DNA of 64,000 bases from Prevotella sp. (lineage in GTDB: Bacteria > Bacteroidota > Bacteroidia > Bacteroidales > Bacteroidaceae), in contig JAGAYI010000027.1 in NCBI GenBank assembly GCA_017940545.1, positions 584 to 64,583 of the forward strand, given 5' to 3'. The notes under the pieces were generated by a model. It did no database searches. It saw only the letters and a list, made by a program, of their open reading frames with translations, and was not told the origin of the DNA. This document shows, in pieces, positions 10,006-20,261 of the stretch (the stretch's first letter is position 1; each line of letters starts with the position of its first letter). A program made the position numbers and the translations under genes.

Positions 10006-11898
10006 TTACTCTAAATAAGTGTAACCATAGAGTCCGCTGCGATAGTTGCTGAGAAACTCCTTTCCTTCTTCGAGCGTGATTTTGCCCTGTTTGACACTCT
10101 TGGACACCCAGATTTCCAACTGACGTACCAGCTTTTTGGGCTCGTACTGCACGTACTCCAGTACTTCTTCGACGGTCTCGCCATCGAACACCTGGTCAAT
10201 ATGGTAGCTTCCGTCCTTCACAGAGATATGTACTGCCGTTGTATCACCAAAGAGGTTATGCATGTCGCCCAGAATCTCCTGATAAGCACCGACCAGGAAT
10301 ACGCCCAGATAGTAACTCTCGTTCTTCTTGAGTGTATGAACTGGCAGGGAATGGGCGTTGTGCCGATTGGTGGCAAAGTTAGCAATCTTACCGTCAGAGT
10401 CGCAAGTGATGTCTTGAATTGTGGCATTGCGCGTGGGGCGCTCATGAAGCCGTTGAATAGGCATGATGGGGAATATCTGGTCAATGGCCCATGAGTCAGG
10501 CAAGCTTTGGAACAGTGAGAAGTTACAGAAATACTTGTCTGCCAAGAGTTTGTCAATATTCATCAGCTCTTCTGGCACATGTTTCAGGTTCTTCGCAAGA
10601 GCATGAATCTCGTGGCACACACTCCAGTACATAGCCTCTATCTCGGCACGGGTCTTGAGGTCAACGATGCCATGGGCAAAGAGGTCGAGCACCTCCTCTC
10701 GAATCTGCTCAGCATCGTGCCAGTCTTCCAGCACGTTTCGGGGCGAGAGGTTATCCCATATCTCGTATAGGTCTTTTACTAACTGATGAGAGTTTTCGTC
10801 GGGCTCAAACTCCTCGGGCATTTCGGGAAGCGAAGCCGTTTCCAGCACGTCAATGACCAACACCGAGTGGTGGGCTGCCAGAGAACGCCCACTCTCGGTA
10901 ATGAGATTAGGGTGAGGAAGTCCATTCTTGTTTGCCGCATCTACAAAGGTGTAAATACAGTCGTTGACATACTCTTGGATAGAATAGTTGACAGAACTCT
11001 CGCTGGAGGGAGAACGTGTGCCGTCGTAATCAACACCCAAGCCACCGCCACAATCGACAAAATCGACGTTATAACCCATCTTGTGAAGTTGAACATAGAA
11101 CTGTGAAGCCTCGCGCAAGGCGGTCTGTATGCGACGAATCTTGGTGATTTGCGAACCAATATGGAAGTGGATAAGCCTGAGACAATCGCGCATATCCTTC
11201 TTGTCCAGCAGTTCAAGGGCTTCTAACAACTCTGCACTTGTCAAACCGAACTTTGAGGCATCGCCACCACTCTCTTCCCATTTGCCGGCACCGCTGGAGG
11301 CCAGTTTGATACGGATGCCTATGTTGGGGCGCACGCCGAGCTTCTTGGCTTCGCGAGCAATGATTTCAAGCTCGTTCAGCTTTTCCACAACAATGAAGAT
11401 GCGTTTGCCCATCTTCTGTGCCAACAATGCCAATTCAATGTACGACTGATCCTTATAGCCGTTACAGATGATAATAGAGTCACTCTGGCACTGAACGGCA
11501 ATGACCGCATGCAACTCGGGTTTTGAGCCTGCCTCAATTCCCAGATTGAACTTCCGGCCATGAGAGATAATCTCCTCCACCACCGGCTGCATCTGGTTGA
11601 CTTTGATGGGGAACACCACGTAGTTCTCAGCCTTGTAGGCATACTCATCGGCCGCTTTTTTGAAGCAGCTCCAAGTCTTTTCAATACGATTGTCAAGAAT
11701 GTCGGGAAAACGAAGCAGTACCGGCGACTGTACATCGCGTAGCGATAATTCGTTCATTACTTCGTGAAGGTCAATCTGCGTACCATCCTTGCAGGGTGTC
11801 ACATAAACGTTTCCCTGCTCGTTGATGCCGAAATAGTTGGTACCCCAGCCATTGATGTTGTAGAGCTCCTTGGAGTCCTCAATCGTCCATTTCTTCAT
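10006..11898 (-). CDS. speA: Biosynthetic arginine decarboxylase
   Basis: FPIKVNQ (PLP Lys), EAGSKPEL, HFHIGSQ, DITCDSDG and GAYQEILG motifs. Confidence 0.97.
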   Translation of the reverse strand: MKKWTIEDSKELYNINGWGTNYFGINEQGNVYVTPCKDGTQIDLHEVMNELSLRDVQSPVLLRFPDILDNRIEKTWSCFKKAADEYAYKAENYVVFPIKVNQMQPVVEEIISHGRKFNLGIEAGSKPELHAVIAVQCQSDSIIICNGYKDQSYIELALLAQKMGKRIFIVVEKLNELEIIAREAKKLGVRPNIGIRIKLASSGAGKWEESGGDASKFGLTSAELLEALELLDKKDMRDCLRLIHFHIGSQITKIRRIQTALREASQFYVQLHKMGYNVDFVDCGGGLGVDYDGTRSPSSESSVNYSIQEYVNDCIYTFVDAANKNGLPHPNLITESGRSLAAHHSVLVIDVLETASLPEMPEEFEPDENSHQLVKDLYEIWDNLSPRNVLEDWHDAEQIREEVLDLFAHGIVDLKTRAEIEAMYWSVCHEIHALAKNLKHVPEELMNIDKLLADKYFCNFSLFQSLPDSWAIDQIFPIMPIQRLHERPTRNATIQDITCDSDGKIANFATNRHNAHSLPVHTLKKNESYYLGVFLVGAYQEILGDMHNLFGDTTAVHISVKDGSYHIDQVFDGETVEEVLEYVQYEPKKLVRQLEIWVSKSVKQGKITLEEGKEFLSNYRSGLYGYTYLE

Positions 11899-11921
11899 TT
11901 TGCTTACATGAGCCCCCTGAC

Positions 11922-12455
11922 TCAGGGGATTTTAAGAAGTTCTTTCGCTTGGTTTACTGATATGTTAATTTTCTCGTATGTATCCATCAGACTGACGTCG
12001 AGCACATGGGTTGCCTTGGAATAGTAGGGTTCACGGTGCTCCAGCTGTTCGCGGATAAAGGAGACGAGCTCCTCAGACGATTTGCCCTTTAACAGCGGGC
12101 GCTCGGTCTTACCCATCAACAAGTGCTTATAGAGTACTTCAGGACTGGCCTTCAGCCAGATGACATCGCCCTGCTGGTTCAGATAGTCTATGTTGTCAAA
12201 GAAACAAGGTGTACCACCGCCACAGCTTAGTACAATGTTCTCAAACTCAGCCACCTCGTGAAGCATATTACGCTCTATCTCACGGAAGCCTTCCTCACCC
12301 CGCTCTGCAAAGATTTGCGCCACGGTCTTACGCCGACGACTTTCTATGTACCAGTCAAGATCGTAGAACTGCAAGCCCAAAGCCTTTGCCAAAGCACGAC
12401 CTACGGTGGTCTTGCCAGAACCCATATAGCCAATGAGGATGATTCGACGCATCAT
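11922..12455 (-). CDS. aroK: Shikimate kinase
   Basis: GYMGSGKTT P-loop, FREIE, SCGGGTPC and RPLL motifs. Start trimmed to ATG 12455. Confidence 0.95.
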   Translation of the reverse strand: MMRRIILIGYMGSGKTTVGRALAKALGLQFYDLDWYIESRRRKTVAQIFAERGEEGFREIERNMLHEVAEFENIVLSCGGGTPCFFDNIDYLNQQGDVIWLKASPEVLYKHLLMGKTERPLLKGKSSEELVSFIREQLEHREPYYSKATHVLDVSLMDTYEKINISVNQAKELLKIP

Positions 12456-12487
12456 ACTTAATATTTGCGAATGACTGGATTTCTGTT

Positions 12488-14809
12488 TTACGACTTGTTC
12501 TTCTGTTTCGCAATGATGTCCATACACTCCTGATAAGTGAGTTCCTTGGCTCGTTCGTGCAGGTTCTTAGGTAAACGGTAGTTCTTGCCGTCGTATGCAA
12601 TATAAGGGCCGTAACGGCCTGTCAACACTTCCAACTTCGCGTCTTCATCAAATGTCTTAATGTGACGCTGCTGCTCCTCACTACGCTTCTTGTTAATCAG
12701 CTCTATTGCCTCTTCCAGTGTGATGGTCAGTGGGTCTGCATCCTTGGGCAACGAGGTGTATTTCTGCTCATGCAGCACGTAGGGTCCAAAACGACCGGCA
12801 CCTATGACTACGGGCTTTCCTTCATACTCTCCCACTTCGCGAGGCAGCATAAACAGGTCAAGAGCTTCATCCAGTGTAATGGTCTCTATACTCTTGTCCT
12901 TGGGTACGTGGGCAAACACGGGTTTCTCCTTGTCTTCCACCGTACCAATCTGTACCACGGGGCCAAAACGACCTATCTTTACGAGCACGAGGCGACCATC
13001 CTTGGGGTTTGTTCCCAGTGTGCGCTCTCCTGCCTTGTGACCTTGACGAGCATTCATGGTTTTCTCAACTGTGCTTTCAAAGTCCTTATAAAAATCAGCC
13101 ATCATCAGGTTCCATTTTTCCTTACCCTCGGCAATTTTGTCGAAGTCTTGCTCTACCTTGGCGGTAAAATTATAGTCCATGATGCGTGGGAAGTACTCCA
13201 TCAGGAAATCATTGACCACGATGCCCACGTCAGTAGGAAGCAGTTTTCCTTTTTCCGAACCTGCCATTTCCTTACGGACCTTCTGCGTAACCTGCTTACC
13301 CTTGAGGGTATCAATGGTATAGGTGCGCTCCGTTCCCTTTTTGTCACCTTTCTGCACGTACTCACGCTGCTGAATAGTTGAAATGGTAGGGGCATAAGTA
13401 GAAGGGCGACCGATGCCCAATTCTTCCATCTTATGTACGAGTGAGGCTTCTGTATAGCGCAGAGGGCCTTGGCTGAAGCGCTCAGTAGCCGTTATCTCAC
13501 GCCGTGTCAGTTCGTCGCCGTTCTTCAGCGGTGGTAGCAGATGGCCGTTCTCTTCCTCATCCTGCGACTCCTCGTCCTGTGACTCCCTATATACCTTCAG
13601 AAAACCATCGAACTTCACCACTTCACCTTGAGTGATGAATTTGTTGGGTGTTGGGTGTTGAGTGTTGATACCTATCTCCACCGTCGTTTTTTCCAGTTCA
13701 GCATCAGCCATCTGGCTGGCCAAGGTACGTTTCCAGATAAGGTCATACAGCCTGCGCTCCTGAAGGGTTCCCTCTATCTCCGACTGGTCCATGTAGGTAG
13801 GACGAATGGCCTCGTGTGCCTCCTGTGCACCCTTTGAGCTTGTATGATACTGACGGGGGTTGCAGTATTCCTTTCCGTAAAGCTGGGTAATTTCCTCTTT
13901 ACTGGCATTCAGGCAAAGCTTTGACAAGTTGACAGAGTCGGTACGCATGTAGGTAATGCGACCATTTTCGTAAAGACGCTGCGCCACCATCATGGTCTGG
14001 CTTACAGTAAAACCTAATTTGCGAGCCGCTTCCTGCTGTAACGTAGAAGTTGTAAAGGGAGGAGCCGGTGTACGTTTCAGTGGTTTTTTACTGACACTAT
14101 TAACAGTAAACGTGGCCTCCTTGCAAGACTCCAGGAACTGTTCCACCTCTTCGTGCGTCTTCAGACGCTTGTCCAGCAGTGCCTTCACTTCGGTCTGCGA
14201 ACCGTCAGCATTCGTAACGGCAAATATGGCATTTACGCTATAGAACGGTTCGCTCATAAAGGCATGTATCTCGCGTTCACGCTCCACAATTAGTCTTACT
14301 GCCACGCTCTGTACACGTCCGGCAGACAATGACGGCTTTACCTTTCGCCACAACACGGGCGAAATTTTGAAACCTACCAAACGGTCTAACACGCGGCGTG
14401 CCTGCTGAGCATTGACCAGGTTCATATCCAAGTGGCGTGGGTGTTCAATAGCTTCCAGAATGGCTGGTTTGGTAATCTCATGGAATACTATACGATTGGT
14501 ATTCTTCTCATCCAGTCCCAGCACCTCACAAAGATGCCAACTGATAGCTTCCCCTTCACGGTCTTCATCACTTGCCAGCCACACCTTAGAGGCTTTCTTG
14601 GCCTGTGACTTCAAGTCTTTGACCAACTTTACCTTTTCCGAAGGAATCTCATATTCTGGTTCCAAAGTGTCAGTATCTATACTCATCTCGTGTTTCTTCA
14701 AATCACGAATGTGTCCATAACTCGACATCACCTTGAAATCGCTACCCAGAAAACGCTCAATGGTTTTTGCCTTGGCAGGCGACTCTACAATAACCAAATT
14801 TTTCTGCAT
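12488..14809 (-). CDS. topA: DNA topoisomerase I
   Basis: IVESPAKAKTI, DEDREGE, SAGRVQS, ITYMRTDS (catalytic Tyr) and GRFGP C-terminal repeats. Promoter box at 14837-14844. Confidence 0.98.
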   Translation of the reverse strand: MQKNLVIVESPAKAKTIERFLGSDFKVMSSYGHIRDLKKHEMSIDTDTLEPEYEIPSEKVKLVKDLKSQAKKASKVWLASDEDREGEAISWHLCEVLGLDEKNTNRIVFHEITKPAILEAIEHPRHLDMNLVNAQQARRVLDRLVGFKISPVLWRKVKPSLSAGRVQSVAVRLIVEREREIHAFMSEPFYSVNAIFAVTNADGSQTEVKALLDKRLKTHEEVEQFLESCKEATFTVNSVSKKPLKRTPAPPFTTSTLQQEAARKLGFTVSQTMMVAQRLYENGRITYMRTDSVNLSKLCLNASKEEITQLYGKEYCNPRQYHTSSKGAQEAHEAIRPTYMDQSEIEGTLQERRLYDLIWKRTLASQMADAELEKTTVEIGINTQHPTPNKFITQGEVVKFDGFLKVYRESQDEESQDEEENGHLLPPLKNGDELTRREITATERFSQGPLRYTEASLVHKMEELGIGRPSTYAPTISTIQQREYVQKGDKKGTERTYTIDTLKGKQVTQKVRKEMAGSEKGKLLPTDVGIVVNDFLMEYFPRIMDYNFTAKVEQDFDKIAEGKEKWNLMMADFYKDFESTVEKTMNARQGHKAGERTLGTNPKDGRLVLVKIGRFGPVVQIGTVEDKEKPVFAHVPKDKSIETITLDEALDLFMLPREVGEYEGKPVVIGAGRFGPYVLHEQKYTSLPKDADPLTITLEEAIELINKKRSEEQQRHIKTFDEDAKLEVLTGRYGPYIAYDGKNYRLPKNLHERAKELTYQECMDIIAKQKNKS
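13642..13669. repeat. Heptamer tandem repeat (TGTTGGG-type x4) in-frame in topA, encoding INTQHPTPN
   Basis: tgttggg tgttggg tgttgag tgttgat. Confidence 0.75.
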
Positions 14810-14893
14810 CTTACTCGTTCAAATTATTTCGGGCTGCAAAAGTAGAGAAAAGTTTTGGTTACACCTTATATATATAAGAGATTTTTAATTTTA

Positions 14894-15448
14894 TTAACAA
14901 TGTCGTCGGTCTTGTAAGTTTTTAACAGGTTGTTCTTTCAGGAAGCGAATGACAGCATTTCGAATACTGGTCAGCCCGAAATCGGCAGGGTTAATCTGGT
15001 CAACAGGTATCCAGAAACATTCGGCAGCGTCGTCGGCAGCATGGACCTCCACACCAGCCGGCACACGAACCAAATAGTCCATGTCAAGTGTATGTACGCC
15101 TAAGCCGCTGTATTGATAGACGTTGGGAGAAGAAAAAAGATACTTTACCACATCCACATCAAGCCCCGTTTCTTCTTTGATTTCACGCTTCATGCCCTCT
15201 TCAACAGTCTCTCCCATATCACAAAAGCCACCTGGAAGGTCGAGCGTACCCTTGGCAGGTTCCTTGGCCCGACGGACAACCAGTAACTCGTTCTTTTCGT
15301 TAAGGATAAAAGCTGCCGTAGCTGAGCAAGGGTTCGCATAATACGTGAACCCGCAATCCTCGCACTTCTTACTCTTGAAGTTATGAACCACAAAATGCTT
15401 ACTGCCACACACGGGGCAGTAAGCAAATATTTCCAATGGATGCGTCAT
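14894..15448 (-). CDS. NUDIX hydrolase with N-terminal zinc ribbon
   Basis: CPVCG and CEDCG pairs; LPGGFCDMGETVEEGMKREIKEETGL Nudix box. Confidence 0.92.
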   Translation of the reverse strand: MTHPLEIFAYCPVCGSKHFVVHNFKSKKCEDCGFTYYANPCSATAAFILNEKNELLVVRRAKEPAKGTLDLPGGFCDMGETVEEGMKREIKEETGLDVDVVKYLFSSPNVYQYSGLGVHTLDMDYLVRVPAGVEVHAADDAAECFWIPVDQINPADFGLTSIRNAVIRFLKEQPVKNLQDRRHC

Positions 15449-16902
15449 TCCCAGTTATCCGTTCTAAAGGGGAACAAGGGCAGGCCACCCATGTTACCGA
15501 GATTACCTAACAGGAAATTGCGGAAACAATAGCGCACAGCTACGGGTTCCTTCACTTCAGGCGACACCACCATCAGCGCCTCGTCCCACTTTCCACCACC
15601 AGGCTTCCAGTAATGCTGGGCCTTTGCCGGATGAAACACACGGTCAGCACCGGCAACCTCAAAGCCGTTGATATCCTCAAAACGGTTCAAACCGCCAAAC
15701 TCATCGTTGAAATGGAGGAAAATGGTGTCATTCTTGACAGTCATCTCCTTGTACGAAGGACTTTGACAAATAACCGACTGCATGCCGTAGGTCTTGTTCA
15801 ATGCTAAGAAGGCCAGACGCTCGCCCACCTTCTGCTTCTGCGTGGGGTGAATCTGTGTAAGTTCATAGGGATAGACACAATCGTTGGTACAAACAATACC
15901 ACTGTTAGGAATTATCTGCGAGGCGCGGAACTGCTGCTCCTGCAACAGAGCGTTCCACGTACCCATGATGTTACCACTTTCATAAGGTGCAATCTGTACG
16001 AAATAGAACGGAATATCGCCTTGTCCGAACTGCTGGCGCCATTGTTCTACAAGCAATTTCAAACGCTCAGAGTACTGATTGCCGGGGTCACCTACATTAG
16101 AGCAGCCCTGATAGAACAGAATACCCTTAATGGTATAGTTCAGAATAGGGTTAAACGTGCCGTTTCCCCATACAAGGGCACGGTGATAGTCCCACTCCTT
16201 CTTAAAATTGACTATTCCCATAGTGTCTGTAGGCTCGTTGGTGTATTTCTCCAGATTTTCCTTGGTCAGCCAGCTTTCCACACGCGAACCACCTTTATTC
16301 GCCTCTATGAGTCCAACAGGAATGTTCAGCGTCTTGTTGACTAACCGAGCAAAGAAATAGCCCGTTGCCGAAAAGTCAACCACATTCTGAGGTGTACATT
16401 CACGCCATGCGCAATCAGCATCCTCCTGCGGGGTCATACGCATAATGCTGGGAATCTTTACGCTACGCACTCCTTTCGGGTTCTGCGCCTCAAGCACATG
16501 ATGGTTGAAATTCTCTACCGGGCACTGGCCGAAACCCTTTAACGGCATTTCCATATTCGACTGCCCGGCACATACCCAAACCTCACCAACCAACACGTTC
16601 TGTAGCACCACCTGGCCGTCGCCGTCATCAAACGTAATGCTGTACGGTGTGTAAGAGGCGGCTGGAGTCTGTACCTTAACAAGCCACTTGCCAGCCTTGT
16701 CAGCATTGCACTGAACGGTCTTGCCGTTCCACGACGTGGTGACTTTCACCGCTTTCCCTGCTTTCGCCCATCCCCACAGACGAGCGTCCGTCTGTTGCTG
16801 TAACACCATGTTGTCGCAAAGAATATGCGGCAGTTTAACTTTTGCTTGTACACCGGCAATTGTCAAGACCAGTGCACCAATTAAGAATAACTTTTTCTTC
16901 AT
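15445..16902 (-). CDS. Sialate O-acetylesterase (SASA/DUF303) family carbohydrate esterase, exported
   Basis: GEVWVCAGQSNM, FYQGCSN and IHP motifs; signal peptide from ATG 16902; promoter at 16933-16940. Confidence 0.88.
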   Translation of the reverse strand: MKKKLFLIGALVLTIAGVQAKVKLPHILCDNMVLQQQTDARLWGWAKAGKAVKVTTSWNGKTVQCNADKAGKWLVKVQTPAASYTPYSITFDDGDGQVVLQNVLVGEVWVCAGQSNMEMPLKGFGQCPVENFNHHVLEAQNPKGVRSVKIPSIMRMTPQEDADCAWRECTPQNVVDFSATGYFFARLVNKTLNIPVGLIEANKGGSRVESWLTKENLEKYTNEPTDTMGIVNFKKEWDYHRALVWGNGTFNPILNYTIKGILFYQGCSNVGDPGNQYSERLKLLVEQWRQQFGQGDIPFYFVQIAPYESGNIMGTWNALLQEQQFRASQIIPNSGIVCTNDCVYPYELTQIHPTQKQKVGERLAFLALNKTYGMQSVICQSPSYKEMTVKNDTIFLHFNDEFGGLNRFEDINGFEVAGADRVFHPAKAQHYWKPGGGKWDEALMVVSPEVKEPVAVRYCFRNFLLGNLGNMGGLPLFPFRTDNWE

Positions 16903-17044
16903 ATAGTTTTTGGTTTGATTGGATTTTGACTGCAAAGTTATAAAATAATTGAGAACCAATAGTTCGTAAACACGTTAAAAATGAATAATCACTAATATTT
17001 AGAATGTAAATTTAAGAATTAATTTTGTACCTTTGCCGCCAATT

Positions 17045-17170
17045 ATGACTTACACTATTATCGAAACAGGAGCCATCGGTGGATTCTATGGCACCAAACT
17101 GGCTCAGAGCGGCAAGGAGGTTCACTTCTTGCTACATCGTGACTACGAATATGTAAAACAAAACATTTAA
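17045..17170 (+). pseudogene. panE: N-terminal remnant of 2-dehydropantoate 2-reductase (PanE/ApbA family)
   Basis: Manual translation: MTYTIIETGAIGGFYGTKLAQSGKEVHFLLHRDYEYVKQNI*. The Rossmann GxGAIG is mutated to ETGAIG and the frame stops after 41 aa. It has its own promoter, TACCTTTG at 17028-17035. Confidence 0.8.
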
Positions 17171-17182
17171 TTAGATAACGTT

Positions 17183-18238
17183 ATGACTACTCCTCCATCG
17201 GCCTTCTTCCTGGTTGGAGCGGCCACAGCCTATTTCACGCTGTCTGCTATACAAATATTTACCACTAAGAAACGTAATCGCCTACAGACCGTTTTAGGAT
17301 GGATTTTTATTGTATGGGCTGTTCTGAATCTGAAAGACATCATTATTTCATTACCAGAATTTAATAATAAGGAAACCGTCAAATACATTCTTCTTATCGA
17401 CGGATGGTCCATCATTACGTATTTTATTTTTCTCTATGAACTGACCATTCCGAAATGGACGACATGGCGGAAAATACTAATTATGTGCCTGCCTTTTATC
17501 GTCATCTCCACGATTTACGTCATTTGGCCAAACTTCATGGTCATGAACGTTTATGTCATCTTCCTCTGGCTTTGTGCAGTATCTTTCTTTGTAATCGGGT
17601 TCGTCAAGTACAAACACTATATCAGATACATTCACGAGAACTACTCGAACATTGATGAAATAGACATTTCATGGCTCAGATATATGTTTGTCTTCGCCTT
17701 TTTGGAACAAAGCCTGTACTTCGTTATTGCCTATAGGTATAACTTTGTGATTGACCTGCTATACTATGGCTCTGCAATTGGAATGTGGTTTATTGCCCAT
17801 ACCTACACCATGACGCTCAAGCCTGTCGTCATCATGGAACCTGCCCCCATTTCCCTACAAAAGGAGATTGAGGCCAAAGGCTATCATTTTGCTGGAAACA
17901 TTGAGAAAATGGTGGAGAATCAGGAACTCTACCTGAACAAAGACCTGACGCTAAGCGACCTGGCCAAGTCCATCGGCACCAACCGTACCTACTTGAGCGA
18001 CTACTTCTGCAACAACAAGCACACTACGTTCTATGACTACATCAACCAGCTGCGCATTGAACAGATGGCCATCCCCTTGATCCAACAACACCCAGAATAC
18101 ACACTTGAATATATTGCAGCAGAAAGTGGTTTCAAGTCGGTCTCCACCTTTCGTAGGGCTTTCATAAAAATTACGGATAAGAGCCCAAGTCAATACCGAA
18201 GCGAACTGGACACAAGACAACAAAGTGATAAAAAATAA
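17183..18238 (+). CDS. Membrane-anchored AraC family transcriptional regulator
   Basis: About 7 N-terminal TM segments; C-terminal YLNKDLTLSDLA..GTNRTYLS..FYDYINQLRI..IAAESGF.S.STFRRAF. Confidence 0.92.
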   Translation: MTTPPSAFFLVGAATAYFTLSAIQIFTTKKRNRLQTVLGWIFIVWAVLNLKDIIISLPEFNNKETVKYILLIDGWSIITYFIFLYELTIPKWTTWRKILIMCLPFIVISTIYVIWPNFMVMNVYVIFLWLCAVSFFVIGFVKYKHYIRYIHENYSNIDEIDISWLRYMFVFAFLEQSLYFVIAYRYNFVIDLLYYGSAIGMWFIAHTYTMTLKPVVIMEPAPISLQKEIEAKGYHFAGNIEKMVENQELYLNKDLTLSDLAKSIGTNRTYLSDYFCNNKHTTFYDYINQLRIEQMAIPLIQQHPEYTLEYIAAESGFKSVSTFRRAFIKITDKSPSQYRSELDTRQQSDKK

Positions 18239-18244
18239 AACCCC

Positions 18245-18313
18245 TATAAAGTGTTTGCAGCATGTCTCACGACACACTGCAAACGGATATATAACACACT
18301 TTCCTCAAAAGTA
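18245..18313 (-). ncRNA. Candidate small RNA with its own promoter and GNRA-capped terminator hairpin
   Basis: TATCTTTG box on minus at 18319-18326. Hairpin 18253-18284 (GTTTGCAG-TG-TGTC-GTGA-GACA-TG-CTGCAAAC) has G-U pairs only on the minus strand. No ORF. Confidence 0.5.
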
Positions 18314-18419
18314 CGATGCAAAGATAAACGTATTTTTTGGGAAACAATACGTTAATCATAAAAAAGACCGTTCAATTTTACAAAAACAATCGGTCAATAA
18401 AACAATTAGACGTTGTTAT

Positions 18420-20261
18420 CTACTTTTTCCTGGGTTTCCTACGTGCCCACCCCTCTTCGGTGAAATCGGGAATTTCGCCTTTCAACTTCATTGATTTAGG
18501 GTTTAGGAACTGAATCCAGTCATCTTTCTTCTTTTTTGGTTGATTTTTGGGGTTTTTCTGCTGTGCTGCATGGTTTGCTGTACCTTTCTTGCCCGCAAAC
18601 TTGCCTGTTTCTTTGGTTTTTTGTGTATCATCAGCATCATTGCAGCGCACCTCACGACGCTTGTAGCGCTGGCCGTTCAGCGATTTCATCACGCGATTGG
18701 CATCTTCTTCGGGGACATCAAAGTAAGCAAACTTCTGAAGGAGGTCTATGTGCCCCACTTCGACACGACCACCTACATGCTTATTTAAGAACTGCATCAA
18801 CTCACCTGGATAGAAACCGTCGGTCTTTCCCAAGTTAATAAACAGACGACGAAAGCCTGCCTCAACCTTCGACTGTGTGCGACGTTCACCGTCTTTCGTT
18901 CCTTGCTGTCTATTACCACGCTCCTTCTTCGATGAAACCGGCAGAATCTCGGGTGCATCGGCATAGTAGGCCAGGAATTTTCCAAACTCCAACGAGACGA
19001 TTTTCTTGATGAGGTCTTCCTTCTCCACAAACTCAAAGTAGCGGTTGATGTCCTGCATAAAAGGTGCAATTTCATCGTCGTTCACATCCACCTTCACTAT
19101 CTGGTCCATCACCTTGTAGAGCTGTTTCTGGCAGATTTCCTGTGCCGTGGGAATCTTTCCCTCAACAAACTCCTTGCCAATCTCCTTTTCGATGTTGCGT
19201 ATCTTGTGTTTCTCGCGGATGTGGACAATGCTGATGCTGGTTCCTTTCTTGCCGGCACGGCCCGTACGGCCTGAGCGGTGGGTGTAGTTCTCAATGTCGT
19301 CAGGCAGTCCGAAGTTGATGACGTGCGTCAGGTCGTCAACGTCCAGTCCGCGTGCTGCCACGTCGGTAGCCACCAACAGCTGCACCGTGTGCTGACGGAA
19401 CTTCTGCATGGTCAGGTCGCGCTGTTGCTGCGACAGGTCGCCATGCAGCGACTCGGCATTGTAGCCGTCCTTGATGAGTTTGTCGGCTATCTCCTGCGTT
19501 TCCAGCTTGGTACGGCAGAAGATGATGGCAAAGATTCTCGGATAGTAATCCACAATACGCTTCAAGGCCAGATACTTGTCCTTGGCGTTCACCATATAGT
19601 AGATATGGTTCACGTTCTCTGCCCCCTCGTTACGGCTTCCAACCACGATCTCCTTGTGGTCGTGCAGATAGCCCTTGGCTATGCGCTCAATGTCGCGGCT
19701 CATCGTAGCCGAGAAGAGCAGCGTGTTACGGTCGTCAGGAATGCGTTCCAGAATGGCATCAATACTCTCCGAGAAGCCCATGTTCAGCATCTCGTCGGCC
19801 TCGTCCAGCACCACGTTGTAGGCCTGGTCCAGCTGAGCCACCCCACGGTTCATCAAGTCGATGAGTCGGCCGGGCGTTGCTACGATGATGTGTGCCCCAT
19901 GCTTCAGGGCCCTGATTTGCTGGGCTATGCTGGCTCCGCCATATACCGCTTCCACGTGGATACTGGGCATATACTTCGAAAAATCCTTCAAGTCATCGGC
20001 AATCTGCAAGCACAGCTCACGCGTGGGCGAGAGAATCAGAGCCTGTGTCTCTCGCCTTTCGGGGTCAATGCGTTGCAGCACGGGAATGCCGAATGCTGCC
20101 GTCTTACCCGTTCCCGTCTGGGCCAGGGCGATGACGTCATTTCTACTACCTAATAAATAAGGGATTACTTCCTCCTGTACGGGCATGGGCTGCGTGAATC
20201 CCAGCTCCTCGATGGCACGGCGAATCTCTTCGCAGACGCCAAGTTCTTCAAATGTCTTCAA
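18420..20261 (-). CDS. DEAD-box RNA helicase with DbpA-type RNA-binding domain
   Basis: AQTGTGKT, PTREL, TPGR, DEAD, SAT, ARGLD and HRSGRTGR motifs; TTG start; promoter at 20287-20294. Confidence 0.96.
   Translation of the reverse strand: MKTFEELGVCEEIRRAIEELGFTQPMPVQEEVIPYLLGSRNDVIALAQTGTGKTAAFGIPVLQRIDPERRETQALILSPTRELCLQIADDLKDFSKYMPSIHVEAVYGGASIAQQIRALKHGAHIIVATPGRLIDLMNRGVAQLDQAYNVVLDEADEMLNMGFSESIDAILERIPDDRNTLLFSATMSRDIERIAKGYLHDHKEIVVGSRNEGAENVNHIYYMVNAKDKYLALKRIVDYYPRIFAIIFCRTKLETQEIADKLIKDGYNAESLHGDLSQQQRDLTMQKFRQHTVQLLVATDVAARGLDVDDLTHVINFGLPDDIENYTHRSGRTGRAGKKGTSISIVHIREKHKIRNIEKEIGKEFVEGKIPTAQEICQKQLYKVMDQIVKVDVNDDEIAPFMQDINRYFEFVEKEDLIKKIVSLEFGKFLAYYADAPEILPVSSKKERGNRQQGTKDGERRTQSKVEAGFRRLFINLGKTDGFYPGELMQFLNKHVGGRVEVGHIDLLQKFAYFDVPEEDANRVMKSLNGQRYKRREVRCNDADDTQKTKETGKFAGKKGTANHAAQQKNPKNQPKKKKDDWIQFLNPKSMKLKGEIPDFTEEGWARRKPRKK

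Noticed and set aside
19278-20153. Long antisense ORFs (e.g. 291 aa here; also 39515-40414, 41704-42609, 49894-50850, 56989-57855)
   Set aside because: They lie opposite well-supported genes, have no recognisable motifs, and are expected from GC3-rich codon usage.
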